A stretch of 58,819 nucleotides of DNA, taken from the IMG/VR virus record IMGVR_UViG_3300037657_000011, positions 1 through 58,819 of that record. One strand, 5' to 3'. The notes beneath the pieces were generated by a model. That model made no database searches. It worked only from the letters and a program-made list of their open reading frames with translations, and was not told where the DNA came from. This document shows positions 1-9,835 of the stretch, piece after piece. Position 1 is the stretch's first letter. The number at the start of each line of letters is the position of its first letter. A program made the position numbers and the translations under genes. Source of the stretch: a virus. Its lineage: Duplodnaviria > Caudoviricetes.

Positions 1-127
1 TGGTGTATCTGGACCCGCCGTTTAACTCGAACCGGTCGTATAACGTGCTGTTTCGGGAGGAGGGGGGCGATGAATCTGAGGCACAGATACAGGCGTTTGA
101 CGACACCTGGCACTGGAACACGCAGAC
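1..127. repeat. Terminal direct repeat, identical to 58693-58819 (circular assembly overlap)
   Basis: The first 127 nt match the last 127 nt exactly, and an ORF reads through the junction. Confidence 0.97.
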
Positions 128-1541
128 CGAGGCTGTGTATAACGAGCTGGTGACGGATGTAAACGGCAAGGTTGGCGCGATGATCGGGGCGCTGCGGGGA
201 GCGATTGGCGAGAACCAGATGATGGCGTATCTGGTGATGATGGCGGTGCGGCTGGTGGAGCTGCATCGGGTGCTAAAGCCAACGGGGAGTTTGTATCTGC
301 ATTGTGATCCAACGGCAAGCCACTATCTGAAGATCGTGTTGGACACGATATTTGGATACACCAACTACAAGAATGAAATCATTTGGCAGCGGTCTCTACC
401 GCATGGTAACACCTCAAAAAAGTACGGCTCTTCCCATGACGTGATACTGTTTTACAGTAAAGGGGATACAACCTCATGGAATGGGTCTTTCAGTCCACAT
501 CGCGCGGAGTATCTTGAACAGTTCTACCGATTTACCGAGGACAACGGGCGCAGGTATCGGCTTATCTCGTGTATCAATCCTAATCCTGACCGTCCTAACC
601 TTACTTACGACTGGAAAGGTGTTACTAGAGTATGGAAGTACACACGCGAACGCATGGCGAGAATGGATCAGGAAGGGCTGTTGGTGTACAGCAGAAACGG
701 AATCCCATCCTATAAGGGGTATCTAGATACCATGCAAGGAACTCCTATGCAGGATGTCTGGGTTGACATACCTCCACTGATGGGGTCGGCTACAGAACGT
801 CTTGGATATCCCACACAGAAACCTATCTCGCTGCTTGAGCGGATTGTGAACGCGAGTAGCAATCCGGGGGATGTAGTGCTGGATCCGTTCTGCGGGTGCG
901 GGACGGCGATTGCAGCGGCGGAGAAGCTAGGCAGGAAGTGGATTGGGATTGACATTACGCACCTGGCGGTGGCGTTGATCAAGTACAGAATGACGGATAT
1001 GTTCCCGGGTGCGGCGTTTGATGTGGTGGGCGAACCGGAAGATATTGGATCGGCGCAGCAACTGGCACTGGATGACAAGTATCAGTTCCAATGGTGGGCG
1101 CTGTCGTTGGTTCGAGCGCGCCCGTTGGGTGGCGATGGCGACAGCAGGAAAGGCAAGAAGGGGGCTGACCGAGGCATTGATGGGGTGATCAACTTCATTG
1201 ATGACAACACGGGCAAGCCGAAACGGGCGCTGGTGCAGGTGAAAGGTGGGCATGTGAAGAGCGGCGACATTCGCGATCTGGTGGGGACATTGGATCGGGA
1301 GAAGGCGCAGATCGGAGTGTTCGTGACGCTGGAGGAACCGAGCGGACCGATGCGAACCGAGGCGGCATCGGCGGGTTTCTATCAATCACCGGGCTGGCAG
1401 CAGGACTATCCGCGGGTGCAGATATTGACGGTGGAGGATTTGCTGGCGGGGGTGAAAGTGCAGATGCCGCCAGCGTTTGGGACGTTCCGGCAAGCGCCTA
1501 AGAGCGCGAATGATGGACCGGAACAGGGGAAGTTGATATGA
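1..1541 (+). CDS. Beta-class N6-adenine (or N4-C) DNA methyltransferase with C-terminal Mrr-like PD-(D/E)xK domain; true start at 58620 across the origin
   Basis: LDPPF motif [18 protein letters not shown] motif I; C-terminal DRGIDG...LVQVKGG; upstream MQNTLYYGDNL from 58620. Confidence 0.9.
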   Translation, partial: VYLDPPFNSNRSYNVLFREEGGDESEAQIQAFDDTWHWNTQTEAVYNELVTDVNGKVGAMIGALRGAIGENQMMAYLVMMAVRLVELHRVLKPTGSLYLHCDPTASHYLKIVLDTIFGYTNYKNEIIWQRSLPHGNTSKKYGSSHDVILFYSKGDTTSWNGSFSPHRAEYLEQFYRFTEDNGRRYRLISCINPNPDRPNLTYDWKGVTRVWKYTRERMARMDQEGLLVYSRNGIPSYKGYLDTMQGTPMQDVWVDIPPLMGSATERLGYPTQKPISLLERIVNASSNPGDVVLDPFCGCGTAIAAAEKLGRKWIGIDITHLAVALIKYRMTDMFPGAAFDVVGEPEDIGSAQQLALDDKYQFQWWALSLVRARPLGGDGDSRKGKKGADRGIDGVINFIDDNTGKPKRALVQVKGGHVKSGDIRDLVGTLDREKAQIGVFVTLEEPSGPMRTEAASAGFYQSPGWQQDYPRVQILTVEDLLAGVKVQMPPAFGTFRQAPKSANDGPEQGKLI

Positions 1542-1645
1542 AACGGAGAACATCACGGGGAACGGTGGATATTCCGGAAGGTGTGGCGTGGATGTTCTGG
1601 ATACTGATTATCATTGCGGTGGTGGTGGCGTTGATTGGGAAGTGA
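1538..1645 (+). CDS. Small single-TM peptide (35 aa)
   Basis: ATG overlaps the MTase stop (ATGA); hydrophobic [17 protein letters not shown]. Confidence 0.5.
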   Translation: MKRRTSRGTVDIPEGVAWMFWILIIIAVVVALIGK

Positions 1646-1666
1646 AAGTGAGTACCATAGAAATAA

Positions 1667-1960
1667 CTAGAACGGATCGTCTTGAGATTGCTGAATAGAC
1701 AGGAACGTTACATGAGTGTCATTGTAAGTGTAGTACAGCACGAGAGGCGGCAAACCTACCGCCTCTCCATCAACTGCAACCATACGAACCGCTGATCCCT
1801 CAACGACTGGCTGACCGTACTCTGGTCTGCGTGACAATAACCAAATTGTTCCGTCTATGAATTCGTCTGAGCGACGAGTATCCGCGATCAGTTCACTAAG
1901 TTCACGCTCATATTGCGGATCAGCCTGTATGCTACGACAAGTCTCACTAATATCCAGCAT
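1667..1960 (-). CDS. Putative RelE/ParE-like toxin partner of the Panacea antitoxin
   Basis: ~97 aa, overlaps the 3' end of the DUF4065 gene; LSRRPEYG...LVLYYTYNDTHVTFLSI pattern resembles the RelE fold; ATG 1960 with GGAG ~10 nt upstream. Confidence 0.55.
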   Translation of the reverse strand: MLDISETCRSIQADPQYERELSELIADTRRSDEFIDGTIWLLSRRPEYGQPVVEGSAVRMVAVDGEAVGLPPLVLYYTYNDTHVTFLSIQQSQDDPF

Positions 1961-2522
1961 TTGCCACATACTCCTGTGCGCGAGATTCAAGTTTTAATCC
2001 AGCGATCCTTTCACTAAGTGTTGGTGCGCGATTACTTACAAGTGCAACTGAGTAAGGTATGGTTTCGTTAGGTTTGGCATATTGCCAGCCAATGAATTGG
2101 TGCGAACCTTCACTAACTTGCTTTGCAGTGGCATTGCGCAGACTACTCACCACATAATCCACAAGCGCGATCTCGTCTGCAGTAAACTCACTAAGGTCTG
2201 CCTCACGTCGAGCAATGGGCTTATGCTGCACGTGATTGTGAAAGTCTTGCTGCACCATAGCAAGTGATTGTTCAGCAACCATTGCCTCGCGAATAGGCAC
2301 CAACCGACGCGGCGCTGGACCGTGTTGAAGTGCCTGATATTCCTGTCCTGTAATTGACTTCCCCAAGCGCACATACGCTAGGAAGTCAGCATAGAACAGT
2401 AGCTTGTTTAGTTTCACTGAACCAAAGGTGGTGTCGTCTTCGGAAACTTTAGCAAGATATAGGATCAGTTGCTTGGTCTTGTCGTCATTGTGTACTTGAG
2501 TACCGTTATTTATGCGAGCCAT
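1947..2522 (-). CDS. Panacea-domain (DUF4065/SocA-like) antitoxin
   Basis: KLNKLLFYAD...SITGQEYQALQHGP...SH..W signature. Confidence 0.85.
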   Translation of the reverse strand: MARINNGTQVHNDDKTKQLILYLAKVSEDDTTFGSVKLNKLLFYADFLAYVRLGKSITGQEYQALQHGPAPRRLVPIREAMVAEQSLAMVQQDFHNHVQHKPIARREADLSEFTADEIALVDYVVSSLRNATAKQVSEGSHQFIGWQYAKPNETIPYSVALVSNRAPTLSERIAGLKLESRAQEYVANAGY

Positions 2523-2776
2523 TGGTCTCCTTATAGTTTATGCGGGTAGCTGATTGTCATAATGCGATTAAAGCGGATTACGGCAAGATAGGCAAATATC
2601 GTTAGTAGTTGGAACCAGAGATGGGAGTAATGGACTTCGTATTGGCGTGTTTCACCTACCAGATGAATGTGCATTCACTGGCTGGAGAAATAATCACGGA
2701 CCATACGAGTAGTCATTACAGCCATGATTATATATCCCATATAGAAAAAGTAAAGCTAGATTTGTAGATACTCTAT

Positions 2777-2801
2777 GCCCACTCGCGCGAGTGGGTTTTT
2801 T
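2777..2801 (+). terminator. Intrinsic terminator upstream of the rightward promoter
   Basis: GCCCACTCG/CGAGTGGGT stem followed by a T-tract. Confidence 0.7.
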
Positions 2802-2841
2802 GTTGCCCAAGACACCGCCATAGCTATTCACAGAATTGCTA

Positions 2842-2870
2842 TTGACAAAATCAACTATGCTGTGTATCCT
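2842..2870 (+). promoter_or_regulatory. Sigma70-type rightward promoter
   Basis: TTGACA-17 nt-TATCCT; ATG at 2877 lies at the expected +1 (leaderless). Confidence 0.7.
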
Positions 2871-2876
2871 ATAGCT

Positions 2877-3095
2877 ATGGATAAGAAACGTACCTTCAAG
2901 CTCCGCAGGCGGGTACCAGCTGCCAAGCGCCCACCGCAGTTCATTACCGTGGCGATCAGCATCCCCGTTTCACTGGCTAAGGCGTGGGAAGCCGCTGCAA
3001 ATGAGGAATACGGCGGCAACAAGTCAGCATTAGCGACTACGGCGATTAGTAAAGAAATCGGGTTCCGTGGTGACGTGGAGTTTGTCGCACAATAA
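2877..3095 (+). CDS. Ribbon-helix-helix (Arc/CopG-like) regulator, probable Cro-equivalent
   Basis: ITVAISIPVSLAKAWEAAA...NKSALATTAI: strand-helix-helix pattern; first gene of the rightward operon. Confidence 0.7.
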   Translation: MDKKRTFKLRRRVPAAKRPPQFITVAISIPVSLAKAWEAAANEEYGGNKSALATTAISKEIGFRGDVEFVAQ

Positions 3096-3194
3096 GAAAC
3101 CGACGCAACTGTGACTAGCAGGGGTGCGCCGGTTTTACGTGCATGAGGAACATGCAACTATGCCTATTATAGCGACATTTTCCTTCTTTCTCCT

Positions 3195-3239
3195 CCTCCC
3201 TCTCGGTGTCCTGGCACGCCGAGGGGGAGGCATTGTTTT
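3195..3239 (+). terminator. Possible terminator after the RHH gene
   Basis: CCTCCCTCTCGGTGT/ACGCCGAGGGGGAGG stem, then CATTGTTTT. Confidence 0.45.
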
Positions 3240-3248
3240 GGGGTTGTA

Positions 3249-3452
3249 ATGACATACATCATATTGGTACGGTATGGCGGCGAGCGATATGTGCAGGATA
3301 CACCCAAGGTTGGCAGGCGCCCACGCCTGACACAACACGGGGACGAGGCGCGCGAGTACACCCACAGCGAGGCGCAGACAGTGGCGAACCGGCTGCACGG
3401 CATGGGGTACAAGGCGACTGTTGTTGAGAGGGCGGTGCAGCATGGCGGGTAA
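3249..3452 (+). CDS. Hypothetical protein
   Basis: 67-aa ORF in a chain of coupled genes. Confidence 0.55.
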   Translation: MTYIILVRYGGERYVQDTPKVGRRPRLTQHGDEAREYTHSEAQTVANRLHGMGYKATVVERAVQHGG

Positions 3453-3960
3453 GCTACAGAACTTTTCTTTTGTGGGCATCTTTGATGAGATGCGCAAGGC
3501 TGGCAGCGCAGAAATTGTGATGAGAGGCGGCAAGCTGCCGCTCAAGGAAACCGTGCTGGTGTTTAGCATCGTGCGCGGGATGTATTGCGCGGAGCTGCAA
3601 ACGTTGCTGATTGACAGCAAGGCGTGTCAGATCGTCGGAGATGGGATGGAGTGGGAAGTAGAGGGCGCGCCCAAGGCGCACATCAAAGCGGTGCGAGGCG
3701 TGACTGTGACGGATGCTGTGCGGCATTTATCCGGCGCGGCGGACGAGTGGCATACGATGTGCGCACAGGTGGTGCGCGAGACCTGGCGTGATCTGAATCC
3801 AGAAGACGAGACAACCGCAGCCAGTAGTGGTCCGATCACTGCAGCAGATGTTATTGGCGGCTTGATGGACTTGTACGAGAAAGAGCCAGGCGCAACCGTT
3901 GACCGTCAGACCAACACGATAACGATTGACACTGATCAGGGACCTGGACATGAGCATTAA
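3442..3960 (+). CDS. Hypothetical protein
   Basis: ATG 3442 overlaps the previous gene; stop overlaps the next gene. Confidence 0.65.
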   Translation: MAGKLQNFSFVGIFDEMRKAGSAEIVMRGGKLPLKETVLVFSIVRGMYCAELQTLLIDSKACQIVGDGMEWEVEGAPKAHIKAVRGVTVTDAVRHLSGAADEWHTMCAQVVRETWRDLNPEDETTAASSGPITAADVIGGLMDLYEKEPGATVDRQTNTITIDTDQGPGHEH

Positions 3961-4858
3961 GGTAATGTCGCTGGTGTGGGAGAAAAGCCGACACAAGGGT
4001 AGCGACCTGCTGCTGCTGGTGGCGTTGGCAGACATTGGCGATGACGAAGGCAAGCGCATCTATCCGAGCATCGCGTATCTGTGCCGCAAGACGCGACTAT
4101 CGGAACGGGGTGTGCAGACTTCGTTGAAGCGGCTGTGCGTCAGCGGCGAAATATCCATTGCTGTGAATGGGCATGCGCGATCTGGCGGCGCGGCGACGAA
4201 TGAGTTCACGATTAACCTGAGCAAGCTGGGCGAGGGGGTGCAAACTTTGCACCCCCGCAAAGTTTGCACCCTCCCCCCGCAGAATCTGCGCCCTCCCCCC
4301 GCAGAATCTGCACCCAATCCGTTAGTAGATCCGTTAGGTGAATCGTTAGTTGATGTTGATGATGGCGCTGCGGCGCAGAATGAAAGCCAACACGCTCAAG
4401 TTGACGTGGATGGTGAGGTCTTGCGGAAGTGGCGAGTGCGGGATGGATACAGGTTTCTGGCTGAGGATTGCGAATATGGCGGACAGATCGCGGCGCAGGT
4501 GGTGGGCGCATATGGCGACAATCCTGCTTTCTGGAAGGGATTGCGTGGGGTAAACGAACCCCGGGCGGCGTGGGTGCGGCGCGCGATGGTAGACGATATC
4601 CTGAAGGCTATAGGCGTGGAGAACACGCGGAGAGCGCAGATGCGGCAGCGAGTGGTGATGCACCTGGCTGATCGGGCTGATGCGATTGAATTGATCGGCG
4701 CGGAGTGGGGGCGGATCGGGCATAGCCGGAAGCGGTTAGGGCTGATGATCGAACGGCTGCTGGCTGTGCCGCGCACGGGCGGCGAGGTTAGCGATGATGT
4801 GATCGCGTATCGAGTGGCGAAGATGGGGCAAGCGATGTTGGAGGGAGCTGCAACATGA
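3950..4858 (+). CDS. Phage replication initiator (N-terminal winged HTH, lambda O-like organisation)
   Basis: MSIKVMSLVW...LLLVALADIGDDEG...YPSIAYLCRKTRLSERGVQTSLKRL; internal iterons. Confidence 0.8.
   Translation: MSIKVMSLVWEKSRHKGSDLLLLVALADIGDDEGKRIYPSIAYLCRKTRLSERGVQTSLKRLCVSGEISIAVNGHARSGGAATNEFTINLSKLGEGVQTLHPRKVCTLPPQNLRPPPAESAPNPLVDPLGESLVDVDDGAAAQNESQHAQVDVDGEVLRKWRVRDGYRFLAEDCEYGGQIAAQVVGAYGDNPAFWKGLRGVNEPRAAWVRRAMVDDILKAIGVENTRRAQMRQRVVMHLADRADAIELIGAEWGRIGHSRKRLGLMIERLLAVPRTGGEVSDDVIAYRVAKMGQAMLEGAAT
4234..4315. repeat. Four palindromic iterons (GCAnAnTnTGC), probable replication origin
   Basis: GGGGGTGCAAACTTTGCACCCCC, CGCAAAGTTTGCACC, CGCAGAATCTGCGCC, CGCAGAATCTGCACC inside the initiator gene. 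Confidence 0.75.
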
Positions 4859-5244
4859 CTGCGGTCACTGCGCTGCAAACACGGGATATGGGCGCGTTTT
4901 TAAGGCGTTCGGATGGCGTTCGGGCGGCGTTCGGCATATCGCGCAGGGCAAAAAAGGTATTGGGGGTCGCGAGTTTGTGTCAATTCCTTGCTGTTTCGTA
5001 TCGGCAGTTGGGCGTGATGTTGCAGCGATATACCGGGCGGGTGTACTCGAAGTCGAGTGTTGGAACGTGGGCGATGTATGAGGGTAGAACGGCGCGAGTG
5101 CCGGCGAAGCATCGGATGCCGGTGGCGGTGGGTGAAGCGCTGCGGAGATTGTTTCGTGACGCGGTGTATTGGCTGACTGACGGGCGGTATGCGGTGCGCG
5201 TGAGTGGGATGTACCACTGGCGCGTGAGGGTGGTGAGGGTATGA
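4855..5244 (+). CDS. Hypothetical basic protein, possibly HTH
   Basis: ATGA coupling at both ends; Arg-rich. Confidence 0.6.
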   Translation: MTAVTALQTRDMGAFLRRSDGVRAAFGISRRAKKVLGVASLCQFLAVSYRQLGVMLQRYTGRVYSKSSVGTWAMYEGRTARVPAKHRMPVAVGEALRRLFRDAVYWLTDGRYAVRVSGMYHWRVRVVRV

Positions 5245-5561
5245 CACTGCTAGAACAGATCGAACGGCGCGCTGAACTGAAGCGCATCATCAAGCGGAGT
5301 GTGCCAGACGGGTGGACGCAACAGGAAGCGAAGCGCGAGTTGAAACAGATCGAAGCTGACTTGGCTGAGACTGAACGCCTCGCAGAGACAGGGCGGCGAC
5401 TGGAAGCGCTGGAGGATGGGCGCGGGATAGTACGAGATGATAACCGGGCAGGCAAGCGTTTTCAAATGATTTCTGTAGACTCTCGTGTTTATGGGTATGT
5501 AGATATCACAAACGGCGCAACAGCCGCCGAAGTGTTGGGCGTTGTGGAGGTGAAGCCGTGA
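5241..5561 (+). CDS. Hypothetical protein
   Basis: Coupled ORF; coiled-coil N-terminus. Confidence 0.65.
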   Translation: MTLLEQIERRAELKRIIKRSVPDGWTQQEAKRELKQIEADLAETERLAETGRRLEALEDGRGIVRDDNRAGKRFQMISVDSRVYGYVDITNGATAAEVLGVVEVKP

Positions 5562-5827
5562 GCAAGCGCATTAACTTACGTAAGCGCTACATGTTCTGGC
5601 GAGAGGAGCATCCGGTTAGTCCGGTACTGGCAAAGGATGAAGTGGAACTCATCAACCCGTTATGCACAAAGGAATCATTCGAGGCATTACGCGCATATCA
5701 CACAAGGGAGTGGACAGACAAGTTCGGTAAATGGCATGTAGTGATTGACAGGACTGCACTACGGATTGTGGAGGATATATACCAAAAAACAGCCAAGGCG
5801 CTGGGAGTTGAGGAGGTCAAGCCGTGA
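5558..5827 (+). CDS. Hypothetical protein
   Basis: GTGA coupling; ends in the same GAGGTsAAGCCGTGA junction as the previous gene. Confidence 0.65.
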   Translation: MSKRINLRKRYMFWREEHPVSPVLAKDEVELINPLCTKESFEALRAYHTREWTDKFGKWHVVIDRTALRIVEDIYQKTAKALGVEEVKP

Positions 5828-6180
5828 ATAAGCTGCTGGTCGGATTCATGATCGTGTGGGTGGTTGCTATGGTGGTTGTGTATAGCCTTGCAGACGAGGG
5901 TACGCAGTTGCTGCTACTCGGAACTGCAATTGGTGTCATCACCACTCTGCCGTGTGCGGCAGCAATCACCTACATTCTGATGCGACGGCGCGTTGCGCCT
6001 GAACCCGAACCCACTCCGCAGGCTATGCCTGACGACATACACTTCGCGCATCCGCTTAATAAGATCATCGTCAAGATGGATGGCGAAACATACGTGATGG
6101 TGAAGTTGGCGGAGCCAGTTGGCAGATTATGGGAGCGACAAACGATCTACATCGGGGATGGGCGTGGTGGGCGGCAATGA
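5824..6180 (+). CDS. Membrane protein (2 TM)
   Basis: Two hydrophobic N-terminal segments. Confidence 0.6.
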   Translation: MNKLLVGFMIVWVVAMVVVYSLADEGTQLLLLGTAIGVITTLPCAAAITYILMRRRVAPEPEPTPQAMPDDIHFAHPLNKIIVKMDGETYVMVKLAEPVGRLWERQTIYIGDGRGGRQ

Positions 6181-6277
6181 GTGATGGACAGGTGATCGCG
6201 GCGGTGCTGCTCGTAGTGGCGCTGTATCGCATTGGCGCGGAGATCATCTCGCGCAAGTTGGAGATAAGGAGAAATGT

Positions 6278-6611
6278 CATGTGGGAAACGCTGTTCGAGT
6301 TGCCGCCCGTTGATCCAGATCGGCAAGTGCCTGACCATCGGCTGACAGCAAATGCCAGTCGGCGGCGGATGTGGCAGACGTGGCGGCGCGAACATCCTGA
6401 ACATGCCTCGCTGCCGGACCGCATTGTAGCCATGTACGCGCTGTACGGGCTGGCTGATGCGGCGCGATGCAAGTCGTGCGCCCATCTGGTGCGCGAGGAT
6501 TATCACAACACAACCTATTACAAGTGCGGGTTATCGCGCACTAGCCGCGGAGCTGGCACGGATTGGCGCGTGTCATGGCAGGCGTGTGGAAGATATAGCG
6601 AGGAGGAGTGA
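6278..6611 (+). CDS. Small Cys-containing (possible Zn-binding) protein; start may be 6177
   Basis: AAGGAG before ATG 6278; CKSCAHL...YYKC...QAC. Confidence 0.6.
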
Positions 6612-6704
6612 TGAGTGACGCACTGGCGGGGATGATGGCGGTTGGCGCGCTGGTGCTGCTGACGGTTGGCGCTATCGTGATCCTGAAACTCGTGGGGGTG
6701 GGAC

Positions 6705-7412
6705 GTGATCGAGGAAAGTAAGACGCGCGGCTGGGCTGCGGTGGTGTTCGGGGTAATCGGGATGACCGGCTTGCTGCTGATTGTGACATTCTTCCTTATG
6801 TTGGTGGAGGATGGGGACGCGAGGAGTGCAGCAAGCCGGGTTCTCAACGTGATGGTAGTTGGCGGTGTGGGCGTTGGTCTGATACTGATGCTGATATTTG
6901 GTATGTTGCTGGTGCATCGCAGCGACAGGGATATGGTGAACGGGATAGCGCCTGCAATTGGCGCTGCGGTGGCATCGGCGCTGGCGAAGCGGGGCGAACA
7001 AGATTGGGGGGAGAAGCGCGACTATTACATCAGCACGGCGCGACCAAAGCCGACCAAGACGCAGCGCAACGTGCGCGCGCTGCTTGTTTCAGGCGAACGG
7101 ATGCCGTATGGGATGGATGATGATGATGACCTGGGCGATGGCGATGAAGTGGAGCTGACAACACGGCTGGACGACAAGGAACTGTCGGTGCCGGCGTCGC
7201 TATTACGGCGTTTCTCGCTCATGCCACACCCAACGCGCGCGATGTTCGGGGGTAAAGCTACGACATACGGGAAGATATGCGATTGGTTTATTGCCCAGGG
7301 TGTGCTAGAGCGAACAGCGAATAATGGAGTGCGCTGGAACAAACGATGGGACGCAGGCAAGCGCGCGCGCTGGCTCAGTAGCCTCGCCTCCCCTACTGAC
7401 GATGACGGATGA
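6705..7412 (+). CDS. Membrane-anchored protein with soluble C-terminal domain
   Basis: Two TM segments, acidic linker, basic C-terminal domain. Confidence 0.65.
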   Translation: MIEESKTRGWAAVVFGVIGMTGLLLIVTFFLMLVEDGDARSAASRVLNVMVVGGVGVGLILMLIFGMLLVHRSDRDMVNGIAPAIGAAVASALAKRGEQDWGEKRDYYISTARPKPTKTQRNVRALLVSGERMPYGMDDDDDLGDGDEVELTTRLDDKELSVPASLLRRFSLMPHPTRAMFGGKATTYGKICDWFIAQGVLERTANNGVRWNKRWDAGKRARWLSSLASPTDDDG

Positions 7413-7432
7413 CAGCGGATACCTGTACCACG

Positions 7433-7467
7433 GGGAACAGGAACAGGGAACGGGAACAGGGAACAGG
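7433..7467. repeat. Short intergenic GGAACAG-like tandem repeats
   Basis: About five imperfect copies. Confidence 0.6.
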
Positions 7468-7511
7468 CTGGAAAACGGGGCAATCTGCGATATATGTAAA
7501 GGTTGGGATAT

Positions 7512-8465
7512 ATGCCACGGTTATATGACGATCTAATGCAATCCGGTGTCCTCGATGCGAGGATGGCTGAATACACTGCGAAGGCGAAGGTAATCAAGAT
7601 TCAGAACGTAGCCGACTATCACTTTAACGATATGAAGGACGACTATGACTTGTGCAACTCATTCCCCAATGTAGCACCACCATTTGAACACACATGGTTC
7701 GAGTACACCATCCCGCGTGAGATGAGATCGTCTAACGGCGAGGTCTTTAACATCAATAATTTCCAGCGTCGCATCGGCGTGTTCTCGCTTGCGTTTCGCG
7801 TTGAGACTGAGCTAGAGCTAAAGCCGTGGTACGAACACGCGCAAAAGGAAGGGAATGCACCATTCGGCAAGGTATGTGACCGCATGATACTGCCGGGATG
7901 GATGGTGAACTACGCCATATTCTTTCATTCGCGGCTTGATCCACAACCTCACGAGATGGGAGCGGTCTGGCTGGCTGTGAATAGTGATGGGCGGGTGACT
8001 TCAGAAGAAGGAATCCCGTACAGGACTGCGCCCGGACTAATGGATGTGCATGGCAATAAGATAGATAACCTGAGCATATACTGGGCGATGATTGGATACA
8101 TGCGCCCGGTACTGATGGCGCTGTCGTTCCTGCATTGCAAGAACGTAACCCTCGATGGCAATGACGTGCCGGTGAGGATTCAGAAGCGGCGCATGGCTGA
8201 AGGCAAACTACCGCTAGTCAAATACTACACGCTTAACATCGAACCGATGACGCGGGTGCTGTCTCGTGAGGGCGGCGCTGAGAAGAACGGAGCGGCTAAG
8301 GCGATGCACATTTGCCGGGGTCACTTCGCGGACTACTCGAAGGGCAATGGATTGTTTGGCAAGTATAAGGGTCGCTATTGGATCGAATCGCATGTGCGTG
8401 GATCGGCAGAACTAGGCACGGTTGTAAAAGACTACAACGTAATTGGGAGTAGAATAACCGCATAA
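7512..8465 (+). CDS. Hypothetical phage protein with C-terminal HxxRGHF motif
   Basis: Long ORF; MHICRGHF...RYWIESHVRG. Confidence 0.75.
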   Translation: MPRLYDDLMQSGVLDARMAEYTAKAKVIKIQNVADYHFNDMKDDYDLCNSFPNVAPPFEHTWFEYTIPREMRSSNGEVFNINNFQRRIGVFSLAFRVETELELKPWYEHAQKEGNAPFGKVCDRMILPGWMVNYAIFFHSRLDPQPHEMGAVWLAVNSDGRVTSEEGIPYRTAPGLMDVHGNKIDNLSIYWAMIGYMRPVLMALSFLHCKNVTLDGNDVPVRIQKRRMAEGKLPLVKYYTLNIEPMTRVLSREGGAEKNGAAKAMHICRGHFADYSKGNGLFGKYKGRYWIESHVRGSAELGTVVKDYNVIGSRITA

Positions 8466-8486
8466 CTACCCGTAGGGTGAATAACT

Positions 8487-8524
8487 CGCGGCGATGGGAC
8501 TAGCCCATCGCCGCGTTTTTTTTT
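8487..8524 (+). terminator. Intrinsic terminator
   Basis: 12-bp perfect stem plus T9. Confidence 0.85.
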
Positions 8525-8553
8525 CGAGATTACTCGAACTATCGGAGGTCAGG

Positions 8554-8946
8554 ATGCAAGACACGCTGCGAGAGATAGCCGCAACCATATGGTCGTATCC
8601 GGGTGTGCAGTTCATTACGGTGGGGGTGATCCTAAATCTTGCGCTGGCGTTGGCGCAGGCGGTTAAGAACAACGTCTTTACCTTCCGCGAAGTCGGCGCG
8701 TTTCTCTACTCGCAATTGTTGCCATACACCATTGTGTACGGTGTGGCGGCGGCGGTGACTGATGGCACAGATTACCAGTGGATCCCGGCTGTTGTGCTGG
8801 GCGCGATTACCGCAATGATGGGTGCGCGCATCCTGGACAACCTGAGCCAGTTAGGGATACCGATACCGGAAGGCGTGTTGTCGCTGGCACGTGAACCAAA
8901 GCAATTCCTCATCGTCCACAAAATCAAAGGGAGCGATGTGGAATGA
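8554..8946 (+). CDS. Putative holin
   Basis: GGAGG RBS; ~3 TM segments; ILDNLSQLGIPIP resembles a holin C-terminal motif; upstream of lysins. Confidence 0.65.
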   Translation: MQDTLREIAATIWSYPGVQFITVGVILNLALALAQAVKNNVFTFREVGAFLYSQLLPYTIVYGVAAAVTDGTDYQWIPAVVLGAITAMMGARILDNLSQLGIPIPEGVLSLAREPKQFLIVHKIKGSDVE

Positions 8947-9299
8947 CACCAGCGGATATTGAGCGATTAGTGGGTACGTTGGGTGTGCCGGTTGCGTCGC
9001 TGGCAATCCTCACCATATTCGGATACAAGACGCTATTCCCGTGGCTGCAAGATCAATTGCTGTGGTGGCGCAAAGCAATGGAGGAGAACACGCGGGTGAA
9101 TCAGAACGTTCTCGCTGCGTTGCAGGCGATCACGGACCAGGTGCAGAAACAGCCAAACCAGCAAATAGCCGAAGCATTAACGAAGCTGAATGAAAGGATG
9201 GAACAGCACAATACAGACGCGCGCGCAGCATGGACAGACCAGCGCGAGAGGCTTGAACGCATTGAAACGATGCGGCGCAAGACGACAGGCAGGAGGTAG
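8943..9299 (+). CDS. Single-TM coiled-coil lysis-cassette protein
   Basis: N-terminal TM, coiled coil, position between holin and peptidase. Confidence 0.55.
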   Translation: MTPADIERLVGTLGVPVASLAILTIFGYKTLFPWLQDQLLWWRKAMEENTRVNQNVLAALQAITDQVQKQPNQQIAEALTKLNERMEQHNTDARAAWTDQRERLERIETMRRKTTGRR

Positions 9300-9301
9300 C
9301 T

Positions 9302-9835
9302 ATGCGATGGGATTGCCCTGTTGGGACGGATGAGGAGCGCGCATCTGATCGTGTGTGGTGCGGGTTGTGGGTGGATGCCACGGGCTACGCGGTGCAGTAT
9401 CCGCCTAGCATGAACAGGCGCGACTATCACACTGGCGCAGACCTGAACCTCAACAAGCCACACTTTGACACGGACCGCGAATCGCCGGTGTATGCGGCTG
9501 CAGATGGTGTTGTGGTGTACGCGCAGAGCGATACGCCGTGGGGCAAACGCAATGCGATTGTCTGCATCATGCACGAACTGCCTAATGGCATGAGTGTGTG
9601 GACGCGTTACGCGCACATTATCAATCTGTTGGTGAAGGACACCGACATTGTGAAGCGCGGTCAGCAGATCGCGCAGATCGGCAACGGCGGCGGACGATAC
9701 CCATATCACCTGCACTTTGACGTGGCGTGGATAGACCTCGGCGCGCGCCCTGGCGATTGGGCAGGCGCTGATTATGGGCGGTGTGTGCGCAGCTATGCGG
9801 ACCCGCTGCGATTCATACAGGAGAGCAGACGATGA
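9302..9835 (+). CDS. M23 family peptidase (endolysin)
   Basis: HTGADL, YAAADG, TRYAHI, HLHF motifs. Confidence 0.9.
   Translation: MRWDCPVGTDEERASDRVWCGLWVDATGYAVQYPPSMNRRDYHTGADLNLNKPHFDTDRESPVYAAADGVVVYAQSDTPWGKRNAIVCIMHELPNGMSVWTRYAHIINLLVKDTDIVKRGQQIAQIGNGGGRYPYHLHFDVAWIDLGARPGDWAGADYGRCVRSYADPLRFIQESRR

Noticed and set aside
1-127. Biological direct terminal repeat of the virion DNA
   Set aside because: The length of 127 equals a common assembler k-mer and it falls mid-gene, so it is best read as a circularisation overlap
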